Below, piece by piece: positions 1-7,563 of a DNA stretch of 64,000 nt. Source of the DNA: Promethearchaeati archaeon (GTDB lineage: Archaea > Asgardarchaeota > Heimdallarchaeia > Heimdallarchaeales > Heimdallarchaeaceae). Numbering within the stretch: position 1 is the first letter of the stretch; the number at the start of each line of letters is the position of its first letter. Made by a program: the position numbers and the translations under genes. The notes under the pieces are model-generated. The model had not been told where the DNA came from. It saw only the letters and a list, made by a program, of their open reading frames with translations, and did no database searches. The DNA lies in the NCBI GenBank assembly GCA_013166775.1, contig JABLTJ010000017.1:1-64000 (forward strand). The letters run 5' to 3'.

Positions 1-18
1 TCTTCTAGTTTTTCGGAA

Positions 19-46
19 AGGGGAACCTGCGGATGGATCACCTCCT
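19..46 (+). rRNA. 28-nt fragment matching the 3' end of archaeal 16S rRNA (part of helix 45 plus anti-SD); not a complete gene in this window
   Basis: AGGGGAACCTGCGGATGGATCACCTCCT matches the conserved 16S terminus. The 18 nt upstream (TCTTCTAGTTTTTCGGAA) are not the expected GTAACAAGGTA.CCGT. Confidence 0.75.
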
Positions 47-284
47 ACGTTTGGAAGCTCCTAGAGCTTCCTCCATCGCAGGGCCTAATTTAGGCCTTGT
101 CGCGGCTTCTGCAAAGAAGTCGCCCTTTATTCTCTTTCTTCTGTTGTTTCTCTTCTCGGGGTTCCTGTATTCTTTGGAGGTTTTTTATTTCACTAGAAAT
201 TCCTTCTTTAAAATGTCATCTTTTTTCTTTAGAGGTTTAAGTAAGTTCCTTTCATTAAATGGATAACAAAACCTAGAGTGATGC
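47..284 (+). repeat. Cassette leader repeat, copy 1 (palindrome, pyrimidine-rich block, promoter-like region)
   Basis: GGAAGCTC-N3-GAGCTTCC at 53-71; block TTTATTCTCT..CTTCTGTTGTTTCTCTTCTCGGGGTTCCTGTATTCTTTGGAGG shared with the other copies; extra hairpins including a GCAA tetraloop only in this copy. Confidence 0.9.
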
Positions 285-356
285 ATGATGAAATTACGAT
301 ATGATCCTGACGAAGGAGATGAAGCAATACTCCCACCTGGTTGGTCTCCCAACTAA
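285..356 (+). CDS. Micropeptide P1, MMKLRYDPDEGDEAILPPGWSPN (23 aa)
   Basis: Translated by hand; GTGAT RBS-like motif upstream; motif conserved in six copies with synonymous codon changes. Confidence 0.85.
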   Translation: MMKLRYDPDEGDEAILPPGWSPN

Positions 357-455
357 CCTTCTCTTTTTTCTTTCTAAATGATTTAGTGAAAAAATGTATA
401 AAAAATTAACTTCGTTTATAAACTAATTTATGGATTAGTACATGAGAGGATAGTA

Positions 456-2033
456 TTGGAGAAAGAGAAGATTCTTCAGCTTATTGAGGATTCGCAATCA
501 GGTGAAAATTTACAAAAGATTATAGATGTTTTAAGAGTAATCTGTGCTAATAGAAAAACAAGTGAGCTTCTTTCCGTTTTAAATAGTGCTATGGAAAAAA
601 GCAAGATAATAAACGATAAGGTGGGATTAATTAAATTATATGAGTTAAAGATTAAACAATTATATCTTTTTCAAGAAAATTTGATTACTGTAAATAAACT
701 TGTTTCAGAGATGTACGAAATCTCAGAAGAGATAAATTACAAAAATGGTTTGGCTTTAGTATTCCAGATTAAGGGATATATCGAATTTGTAAATGGAAAT
801 AGAAAAAATAGTTTGGAAGAAGTTAGAAAAGCGAGGATTTTGATTAGTGAATCAGATGAAAAAGATATCTACGTTCAAAGCATTTGCGATTACTCTTTTG
901 CTGTAAGTAAATGGCTAGTAGAACGTGATATTAACAGCGCAGAGATACTTCAAAGATGTGTAGGATATTTCTATTCAAAGGGATTTTATCACAGTCTAGT
1001 TATGTCTTTAGGAACTTTAGTTATTATATATCAACAAACACAAAACAAAGAAGAATCAATGAAATTAGTAAGAAGAATTCTCAGTAGTGATAATCTTTTA
1101 CTTGAAATGCCAAAAGAAATCCAAGCTATCGTTCATTTTTTTATTGGTTTTAGCCACGGATTATCCTTAAATCTTAATGAAGCTGAGAAACACCTATTGG
1201 AAACACAAATCATTTTGAAACCCATCTACAAAAAAAGCATCTACTCAGGGTACTACCTGACATCTCTCTCCCATTTAACTGCAATCTATGCTCTTCAAGG
1301 TAGGTTGGAATTAGCTCTCGATCAGATGGAGGAGGTTGAAGAGCTGATAGAAGAGGGAATTGCTTCAAAAAACCTTGATTCCTTTAATAGAAAGCAAATA
1401 GCCCACACTTTCAATCTAACAAAATTCTATATAAATTCTAGATTATCAAATTTTACAATTGAAACTGAGCAAGAATTAGTACAAATTATAATTAACAACC
1501 TTGAAAAATATCATAGCAATGCAATAATGCTTAGTGAATTTCTTCTGAATGCAAATCTAACTAAAGAGCAATTAACGAAAATTAGAGTTCTAGATAATCC
1601 AAGTACTATAAGAGTTGAACATATTATTAATTTCCTTGTTGAAAAAACAATTCATACTGAAGAGCAGCAGATTGTCAAGTATACAACTATTTTACAAAGG
1701 AGACCAGTAGAAGAAAGAATGACATATGGTGAAAATACATTAGCAGATCTGCTTGCAGCAAGAGAATATTACAAAATAAAACGTTTTGCAGAAATCTATC
1801 CCCTATTAAAGAAATATGAGAAACAACTTCATCGTATAGAAGTTCTAGAAATGCGTATTTTTATGGAAGCTTTTATCCAAGTAGGAAAATTCAAAAGTGG
1901 TGATCCTCTTGGACCTGCTTTACAATATATGGCTATTAAGAAATGTAGACTACAGGGTTTTAGCAGATTAGAAAATAAATTATTAAATTATTTAGAAATG
2001 CAACGAAAGGATATTCAATCATTACTCTTATAG
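456..2033 (+). CDS. Helical-repeat (TPR-like) protein, family member 1
   Basis: 525 aa with an all-helical pattern; C-terminal motif IEVLEMRIFMEAFIQVGKFKSGDPLGPALQYMAIKKCR shared with paralogs. Confidence 0.8.
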   Translation: MEKEKILQLIEDSQSGENLQKIIDVLRVICANRKTSELLSVLNSAMEKSKIINDKVGLIKLYELKIKQLYLFQENLITVNKLVSEMYEISEEINYKNGLALVFQIKGYIEFVNGNRKNSLEEVRKARILISESDEKDIYVQSICDYSFAVSKWLVERDINSAEILQRCVGYFYSKGFYHSLVMSLGTLVIIYQQTQNKEESMKLVRRILSSDNLLLEMPKEIQAIVHFFIGFSHGLSLNLNEAEKHLLETQIILKPIYKKSIYSGYYLTSLSHLTAIYALQGRLELALDQMEEVEELIEEGIASKNLDSFNRKQIAHTFNLTKFYINSRLSNFTIETEQELVQIIINNLEKYHSNAIMLSEFLLNANLTKEQLTKIRVLDNPSTIRVEHIINFLVEKTIHTEEQQIVKYTTILQRRPVEERMTYGENTLADLLAAREYYKIKRFAEIYPLLKKYEKQLHRIEVLEMRIFMEAFIQVGKFKSGDPLGPALQYMAIKKCRLQGFSRLENKLLNYLEMQRKDIQSLLL

Positions 2034-2048
2034 AATTAAAAAAGACAA

Positions 2049-2242
2049 TCTCCTACATTCGGAAGCTCTCAGAGCTTCCAATCCTTTATTCTCTATCTTC
2101 TGTTGTTTCTCTTCTCGGGGTTCCTGTATTCTTTGGAGGTTTTTTATTTCTCCTGATTTTCTCTTGAAAATTGTCAATTTCTTTCTTTGGAGGTTTAAGT
2201 AAGTTTGTTTCATTAAATTGATAACAAAACCTAGAGTGATGC
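2049..2242 (+). repeat. Cassette leader repeat, copy 2
   Basis: TCTCCTAC remnant, palindrome at 2061-2079, conserved block, TTTAAGTA at 2194. Confidence 0.9.
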
Positions 2243-2314
2243 ATGATGAACGTACGATATGATCCAGAAGATGGCGATGAGGCTTTAACTCCTCCATTTT
2301 GGACACCCGGTTAA
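2243..2314 (+). CDS. Micropeptide P2, MMNVRYDPEDGDEALTPPFWTPG (23 aa)
   Basis: Translated by hand; conserved motif and RBS. Confidence 0.85.
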   Translation: MMNVRYDPEDGDEALTPPFWTPG

Positions 2315-2414
2315 AAATTATCAATTATTTTTCCTATTTTTTTACTTTTTCTAGTGTTCAATTCGTATTATCTCACTATATAAACCAATTCACTGATATA
2401 ATTATGAGTAGGTA

Positions 2415-4016
2415 ATGAAAAAGCATAGTGAGGTTTTTACTAAATACAGGAAGATTATAGCAAGAGCAAGTACCAAAGAGGATATCATCGAAATATTAAA
2501 TTTTATTCGTCCTATCGCATCATATACAAAGTCAATTCCTATGCAAAACATGATTAAAAGTATCTACGATAAAGATAAATATTTAATCGATAACGAAATA
2601 AACTGTTTCTTGCTTGATCTTGAAATAAGACAATTATACCACAGTTTAGAAAATATGAGTAAAATTGAAGTTTTAATTCAAAAGATGCAATATTTAATAG
2701 AAAACTCTAAAAATAATAATCTTCAAGCTTTATTTTATCAAATAGTTTGGTATATAGAAAAACTGAAAGGAAATAAAAAGAAAAGTTCAATCGTTCTTAA
2801 TAAAATTAAATATTTGGTTGAAAATGATAAAATAGATGATTTGTATTCTCTTAACTACTGTAAGTACTCATTAGCATATGAACTCTGGATCGAAAAACAT
2901 GATGTAAAATGCTCTGTTATTTTTGAAGAATGTTTAGAATATTTCTATAAGAATGGTTTTGTTAGAAGCGTAATTCAGATTCTTTGTATTCTAAATATCA
3001 TTTATCAAAGAGAGCATAATAGTAAAAAGATATTGGAAAGAAGTAAAAGAATTATAATGAATCAAGATTTCTTTAATGATTTAACTAACGAACTTAAAGC
3101 CATTTTATATTATAGTATAGGATTAGGTCATATGATAGATTTAAATCTAAATTTTGCTGAATCTTTTTTCAAAGATGCGTATAACATTCTTAAACCTATT
3201 CATAAAAAAAGCATATATTTCAGTAATTTCATAAACCTTCATTCCTTCCTATGTACTGTTATATCTTTACAAGGTAAACTTGAACAAAGTTTACAATTAA
3301 TAGAAGATGTTGAAAATTTACTAAACCAAGAGTTTTTTGAGAAAAATCTTGATTTAAACACAAAAAAACAAATTCTCCATACTTTAAATTTAAACAAGTT
3401 TTACGTTTATTCCCGACGAAGAAATTTCGATACTGAAGAAATGCAAAATTTAATCAAAGAGATATATTTTGGGTGTAAGAATCTTTATAGTGATTTTATG
3501 CTCGTAAGTGAATTCATTCTCAATTCTAATCTAGAATGCATAAAGATGGAAGAACTAATGCGTCTAGATAATTTTAGCATAAATCGTGTTAAGCACATAA
3601 TCCAATATACTCTTCAGAAAAGTAACATAAAAGAAGAATTAAACGACTGTAAACATCTTCAAAGAGTAGAAATTCTAAAAAACAGAGATAGAACTAAGAA
3701 GACTAACTTCATTGAAAATGTCTTTGCAGATCTCCTTATTGCACAACAATTATTTTCTTTGAAGAGATATGAAGAAATATATTCGCTGTTAAGGAAATAT
3801 GAAACACAACTTCATCGAATTGAAGTTCTTGAGTTACGTATCTTTATGGAAGCATTTATTCAAGTAGGAAAATTCAAAAGTGGTGATCCTCTTGGACCAG
3901 CTTTACAGTACATGGCTATTAAGAAATGTAGACAGTATGGATTTAGTGGATTAGAAAAGAAACTGTTAGACTATTTGGATATGCAATATAAAGAGATACA
4001 GTCTTTTAATATATAA
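2415..4016 (+). CDS. Helical-repeat (TPR-like) protein, family member 2
   Basis: 533 aa paralog with the same C-terminal GDPLGPALQYMAIKKCR motif. Confidence 0.8.
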   Translation: MKKHSEVFTKYRKIIARASTKEDIIEILNFIRPIASYTKSIPMQNMIKSIYDKDKYLIDNEINCFLLDLEIRQLYHSLENMSKIEVLIQKMQYLIENSKNNNLQALFYQIVWYIEKLKGNKKKSSIVLNKIKYLVENDKIDDLYSLNYCKYSLAYELWIEKHDVKCSVIFEECLEYFYKNGFVRSVIQILCILNIIYQREHNSKKILERSKRIIMNQDFFNDLTNELKAILYYSIGLGHMIDLNLNFAESFFKDAYNILKPIHKKSIYFSNFINLHSFLCTVISLQGKLEQSLQLIEDVENLLNQEFFEKNLDLNTKKQILHTLNLNKFYVYSRRRNFDTEEMQNLIKEIYFGCKNLYSDFMLVSEFILNSNLECIKMEELMRLDNFSINRVKHIIQYTLQKSNIKEELNDCKHLQRVEILKNRDRTKKTNFIENVFADLLIAQQLFSLKRYEEIYSLLRKYETQLHRIEVLELRIFMEAFIQVGKFKSGDPLGPALQYMAIKKCRQYGFSGLEKKLLDYLDMQYKEIQSFNI

Positions 4017-4035
4017 ATTAAAAAGAAATAATCAA

Positions 4036-4224
4036 CTACGTTCGGAAGCTCTCAGAGCTTCCAATCCTTTATTCTCTATCTTCTGTTGTTTCTCTTCTCG
4101 GGGTTCTTGTATTCCTTGGAGTTTTTTATTTCTCTGGAATTTTCTCTTTAAAAATGTCCTTTTTTTTCTTTAGAGGTTTAATTACTTTTGTTTCACTAAA
4201 TGAATAACAAATCTAAAGTGATGT
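4036..4224 (+). repeat. Cassette leader repeat, copy 3
   Basis: Palindrome at 4044-4062, conserved block, TTTAATTA at 4177. Confidence 0.9.
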
Positions 4225-4293
4225 ATGATGAATGTACGATATGATCCTGAAGATGGCGATGAAGCCTTAACCCCTCCAATGTGGCAACCCTAG
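4225..4293 (+). CDS. Micropeptide P3, MMNVRYDPEDGDEALTPPMWQP (22 aa)
   Basis: Translated by hand; conserved motif; hairpin AATGTGGC/GCCACATT spans the stop codon. Confidence 0.85.
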   Translation: MMNVRYDPEDGDEALTPPMWQP

Positions 4294-4399
4294 CCACATT
4301 CCATTTCTTTTACTTCTTAAATTAAAATCTAAATAAACTGCAAAAAAACTGCAAAAGTTTTCGATATTATTAAAAACAATTTCTTTACTTCTTAACTGT

Positions 4400-5995
4400 A
4401 TGATTTATTTGCTATTAGAAGACATGGAGAGGATAATTGACAAGATAGAAAATAACGGTGATTTAATCTCTGTAGAAAAAAACTTGAGATTATTAGCGTC
4501 AAACTATCGAACACTTCAGGTATCTGAATTAATAGATAAGACAATTGAAAAATGCAAGTTTTTGGATAATAAAAAAATCTTAGTAGATTTATATGGTCAC
4601 AAGATTCTCATTCTGTACAATTTCGGAGATAAGATTCAAACTGTTTCCAAACTAGTAGATGAGATGATATCCATATCCAAAAAAATAAACTATAAAGAGG
4701 GTTTAGCATGGGCTTATTCTTATGTGTGGTACATTGAAAAACTCAAAGGAAATGTAGAATCAAGTATAAAAGCTCTAGAAAAATCTAATAGAATCCTGGC
4801 TAACATAATTCACTATGATGAGTACATATACAATTTTGTAAAGTATTCAAGTGCAATGGAAAAATGGTTAAAAGAACATGATGCTTCGATTAGTGAATCA
4901 CTAGAAGTAAGTGCGAATTATTTCTTCAATAATGGTTTTCACAGAAGCTTTGCTCAGACAATCGGATTCCTCAGTATTGTTTTTATGAGAACTCAAGAGA
5001 CAAAAAAAGGGTTAAGATTACTTAAGAATATTCTTTCAAACAGATTGATCTTTGAGAACATGCCTCACGATGTTAAAAGTATTATCTACTTCTTTGCAGG
5101 TCTAGTTCACTTACTAGATCAAAATCTATATTACTCAGAATTATTCCTGACAGAATCATATAATTATATGAAACACACTTACAAAGAAAGTATTTATTTC
5201 AGCAATTACATAGTTATGAATTCTTTTCTATCGACTGTTACAGCTTTACAAGGTAGACTTGAACAAGCTTTGGATATAATAAAAGAAGTGGATGATTTGC
5301 TTAAACAGGAATTTTTTGATAAAAATCTCGATTTTGGCACAAAAAAACAGATTTATCATACTTTAAACCTAAACAAGTTTTACGTATACTCCCGTCTAAA
5401 AAATTTTGATTCTGAAGAAATGCTGGATTTAATCGAAAAAATTTTCATGGGATGTAAAACGCTTTATAGTGATTTTATGCTCTTAAGCGAATTCATACTT
5501 AATGCTAATCTAGAATCAGGAAAAATGGAAGAATTGCTATCTTTAGAAAATTACAGTTTAAATCGTATTAAACACATAATTTTATTTGTTCTTCAGAAAA
5601 ATATTAGAAAAGAAGAATCAAATGATTGGAGGTATCTGCAAAGAATAAAAATATTAAATAACAGAGAAAAAACTAAGAAGACTACTTTTATTGAAAATGT
5701 CTTTGCAGATCTACTTATTGCACAACAATTGTTTTCGTTGAAACGATATGAAGAAATATATTCGCTGTTAAGGAAATATGAAACACAACTTCATCGAATT
5801 GAAGTTCTTGAATTATGTATCTTTATGGAAGCTTTCATTCAAGTTGGGGCTTTCAAAAGTGGTAATCCTCTTGGACCAGCTCTACAATACATGGCGATTA
5901 AAAAATGTAGAAATTATGGTTTCAGCAGATTAGAAAGTAAATTACTATATTATCTAGATAAACAACATAGAGATATTCAGTTATTAATTGTATAA
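4400..5995 (+). CDS. Helical-repeat (TPR-like) protein, family member 3 (start may be ATG 4424)
   Basis: 531 aa paralog with the shared C-terminal motif. Confidence 0.8.
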   Translation: MIYLLLEDMERIIDKIENNGDLISVEKNLRLLASNYRTLQVSELIDKTIEKCKFLDNKKILVDLYGHKILILYNFGDKIQTVSKLVDEMISISKKINYKEGLAWAYSYVWYIEKLKGNVESSIKALEKSNRILANIIHYDEYIYNFVKYSSAMEKWLKEHDASISESLEVSANYFFNNGFHRSFAQTIGFLSIVFMRTQETKKGLRLLKNILSNRLIFENMPHDVKSIIYFFAGLVHLLDQNLYYSELFLTESYNYMKHTYKESIYFSNYIVMNSFLSTVTALQGRLEQALDIIKEVDDLLKQEFFDKNLDFGTKKQIYHTLNLNKFYVYSRLKNFDSEEMLDLIEKIFMGCKTLYSDFMLLSEFILNANLESGKMEELLSLENYSLNRIKHIILFVLQKNIRKEESNDWRYLQRIKILNNREKTKKTTFIENVFADLLIAQQLFSLKRYEEIYSLLRKYETQLHRIEVLELCIFMEAFIQVGAFKSGNPLGPALQYMAIKKCRNYGFSRLESKLLYYLDKQHRDIQLLIV

Positions 5996-6005
5996 AACCG
6001 AAAAA

Positions 6006-6110
6006 GATCACCTTCTACTTTCAGAAGCTCTCAGAGCTTCTAACTCTTTATTCTCTATCTTCTGTTGTTTCTCTTCTCGGGGTTCTTGTGTTCTTTGGAG
6101 ATTTTTTAAT
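6006..6110 (+). repeat. Cassette leader repeat, copy 4a (5' half only)
   Basis: GATCACCTTCT 16S-end remnant, palindrome AGAAGCTC-TCA-GAGCTTCT and conserved block, then truncated. Confidence 0.85.
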
Positions 6111-6124
6111 TATCAAACACAATT

Positions 6125-7099
6125 TCAGTTTCTCTGCTTCATTTTTCGTTTACACAATACTACTACTAAAGTTGCCATTCCTGCTGTAACAAATATTCTA
6201 TCTAGATTTACCCCTTTTGTTCCGTCATAGAAGTATGTTGGGATAAATTTCGCTATATTGATAGTTACTTGACAAGTAAAATTATGTAAATAAGCTATCA
6301 GTAAACCTGTTCTAACCTCATAAGAATCTTCGTAATAATAGTAGTGATATGCTTCTTCACTTTCATAGAATGTTTGGTTCGTGACAACTTTGAATGCTTC
6401 ATAAACTTCATTGTTTATTTCAATCTCTACTATCTCTGTAACTTTTCTTGTTTCAGTTATATTTTGACCAATTTGTGATTGGGGAGATATAATAAACAAG
6501 GATGAAGGAACATGAAGGGGATTATAACGATCCCAAATAATAAAATTATTAATTATTTGATATTCGTAAGTTGATTTATCCATAGAATCATAAATATCCT
6601 TTACTATAGCAGTTGAACTATCATTAAAGGTAACCTCCGCGTTGTAAGAATCAATAATTTCTTCATATTTTCTGCAGTTAGCTAAAGTTATTTTGAAATA
6701 CCAGGAACCATCACTTTTTACATATTCAGATCCAGCATCAGTCATAAACCAAGAGTTATTTTCTTGCCAAATCAGTTTAGTTCTAGATAAAATGAGATAT
6801 ATTGGTGGATCTATCTCCGAGTGTTCCTCTGAAATGTAGAGGTATTCTGTGAATTGTACTACTCTTTTTCCTATGTCTTTCAAAGACCATACATCGTCTA
6901 CACTATATGTACGATTGAAAGTTGTATTAGTAATAGAATGAGTTTGAGTTTGATGGTGATAATATTCAATTGTTCCATCTATATACGCTGAACCATTTGA
7001 TAGCAATTCTACAGGTGCCATTTCAGCTGAGATGTATAAAAATTGAAACATCAAAGTCCCAAGAAGTAAGATACAAAGTAATCTAAATACTAGTTTCAT
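6125..7099 (-). CDS. Putative secreted or surface protein with C-terminal membrane anchor (start probably MKLVF at 7099)
   Basis: N-terminal hydrophobic signal-like segment; C-terminal hydrophobic stretch plus basic tail (KRKMKQRN); Tyr/Thr/Ser-rich body. Confidence 0.65.
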   Translation of the reverse strand: MKLVFRLLCILLLGTLMFQFLYISAEMAPVELLSNGSAYIDGTIEYYHHQTQTHSITNTTFNRTYSVDDVWSLKDIGKRVVQFTEYLYISEEHSEIDPPIYLILSRTKLIWQENNSWFMTDAGSEYVKSDGSWYFKITLANCRKYEEIIDSYNAEVTFNDSSTAIVKDIYDSMDKSTYEYQIINNFIIWDRYNPLHVPSSLFIISPQSQIGQNITETRKVTEIVEIEINNEVYEAFKVVTNQTFYESEEAYHYYYYEDSYEVRTGLLIAYLHNFTCQVTINIAKFIPTYFYDGTKGVNLDRIFVTAGMATLVVVLCKRKMKQRN

Positions 7100-7152
7100 A
7101 TCATCACTATAAAGTACATTTTCACTGATTTCTATATAAATGAATACCATGT

Positions 7153-7328
7153 TCTCAGAGCTTCCAATCCTTTATTCTCTATCTTCTGTTGTTTCTCTTC
7201 TCGGGGTTCCTGTATTCTTTGGAGGTTTTTTATTTCTCCTGATTTTCTCTTGAAAATTGTCAATTTCTTTCTTTGGAGGTTTAAGTAAGTTTGCTTCATT
7301 AAATTGATAACAAAACCTAGAGTGATGC
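7153..7328 (+). repeat. Cassette leader repeat, copy 4b (starts mid-palindrome)
   Basis: Nearly identical to copy 2 from 2067 onward. Confidence 0.9.
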
Positions 7329-7400
7329 ATGATGAACGTACGATATGATCCAGAAGATGGCGATGAGGCTATAACTCCACCATTTTGGTCTCCTAACTAG
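7329..7400 (+). CDS. Micropeptide P4, MMNVRYDPEDGDEAITPPFWSPN (23 aa)
   Basis: Translated by hand; conserved motif and RBS. Confidence 0.85.
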   Translation: MMNVRYDPEDGDEAITPPFWSPN

Positions 7401-7563
7401 AGCTATATGGTGATTAACTAAACCGATAATTAATCCAAAAGACGGAGTTATGGACTTGACTCCATCTATTTGGTATCCTTTGTTTTGTTTTTTTTCTAAT
7501 TTTATTCAAAGAAATATCCTAGTTTATAAATTAATTCAAGAATTAGAGTCTGAGTGGGATAAG

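Noticed and set aside
1-46. Complete 16S rRNA gene end, or a group I intron 3' junction
   Set aside because: Upstream bases do not match 16S, and the base before the fragment is A rather than the terminal G of group I introns. Other interruption types cannot be excluded with only 18 nt visible.
33-266. 77-aa ORF in the track, and the similar 5988..6230 (+) and 2028..2324 (-) ORFs
   Set aside because: They run through the non-coding repeat. Starts, stops and frames are not preserved between repeat copies (single-nt indels), unlike the micropeptide frame.
285-345. Micropeptide loci read as C/D box sRNAs (ATGATGA ... CTGA)
   Set aside because: CTGA becomes CAGA in P2, P4 and P5, the C box becomes ATGATGT in P5 and P6, and there is no terminal D box. 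The substitutions are synonymous in the peptide frame.
327-350. LPPGW in P1 as a WW-domain start; YDPEDG as a chignolin-like hairpin
   Set aside because: Too short for a WW domain, and the G is not conserved in other copies. The resemblance may be chance and is not evidence of homology.
47-7400. CRISPR array interpretation of the repeats
   Set aside because: Units are about 200 bp and separated by whole genes, not 25-45 bp repeats with short spacers; no cas genes are present.
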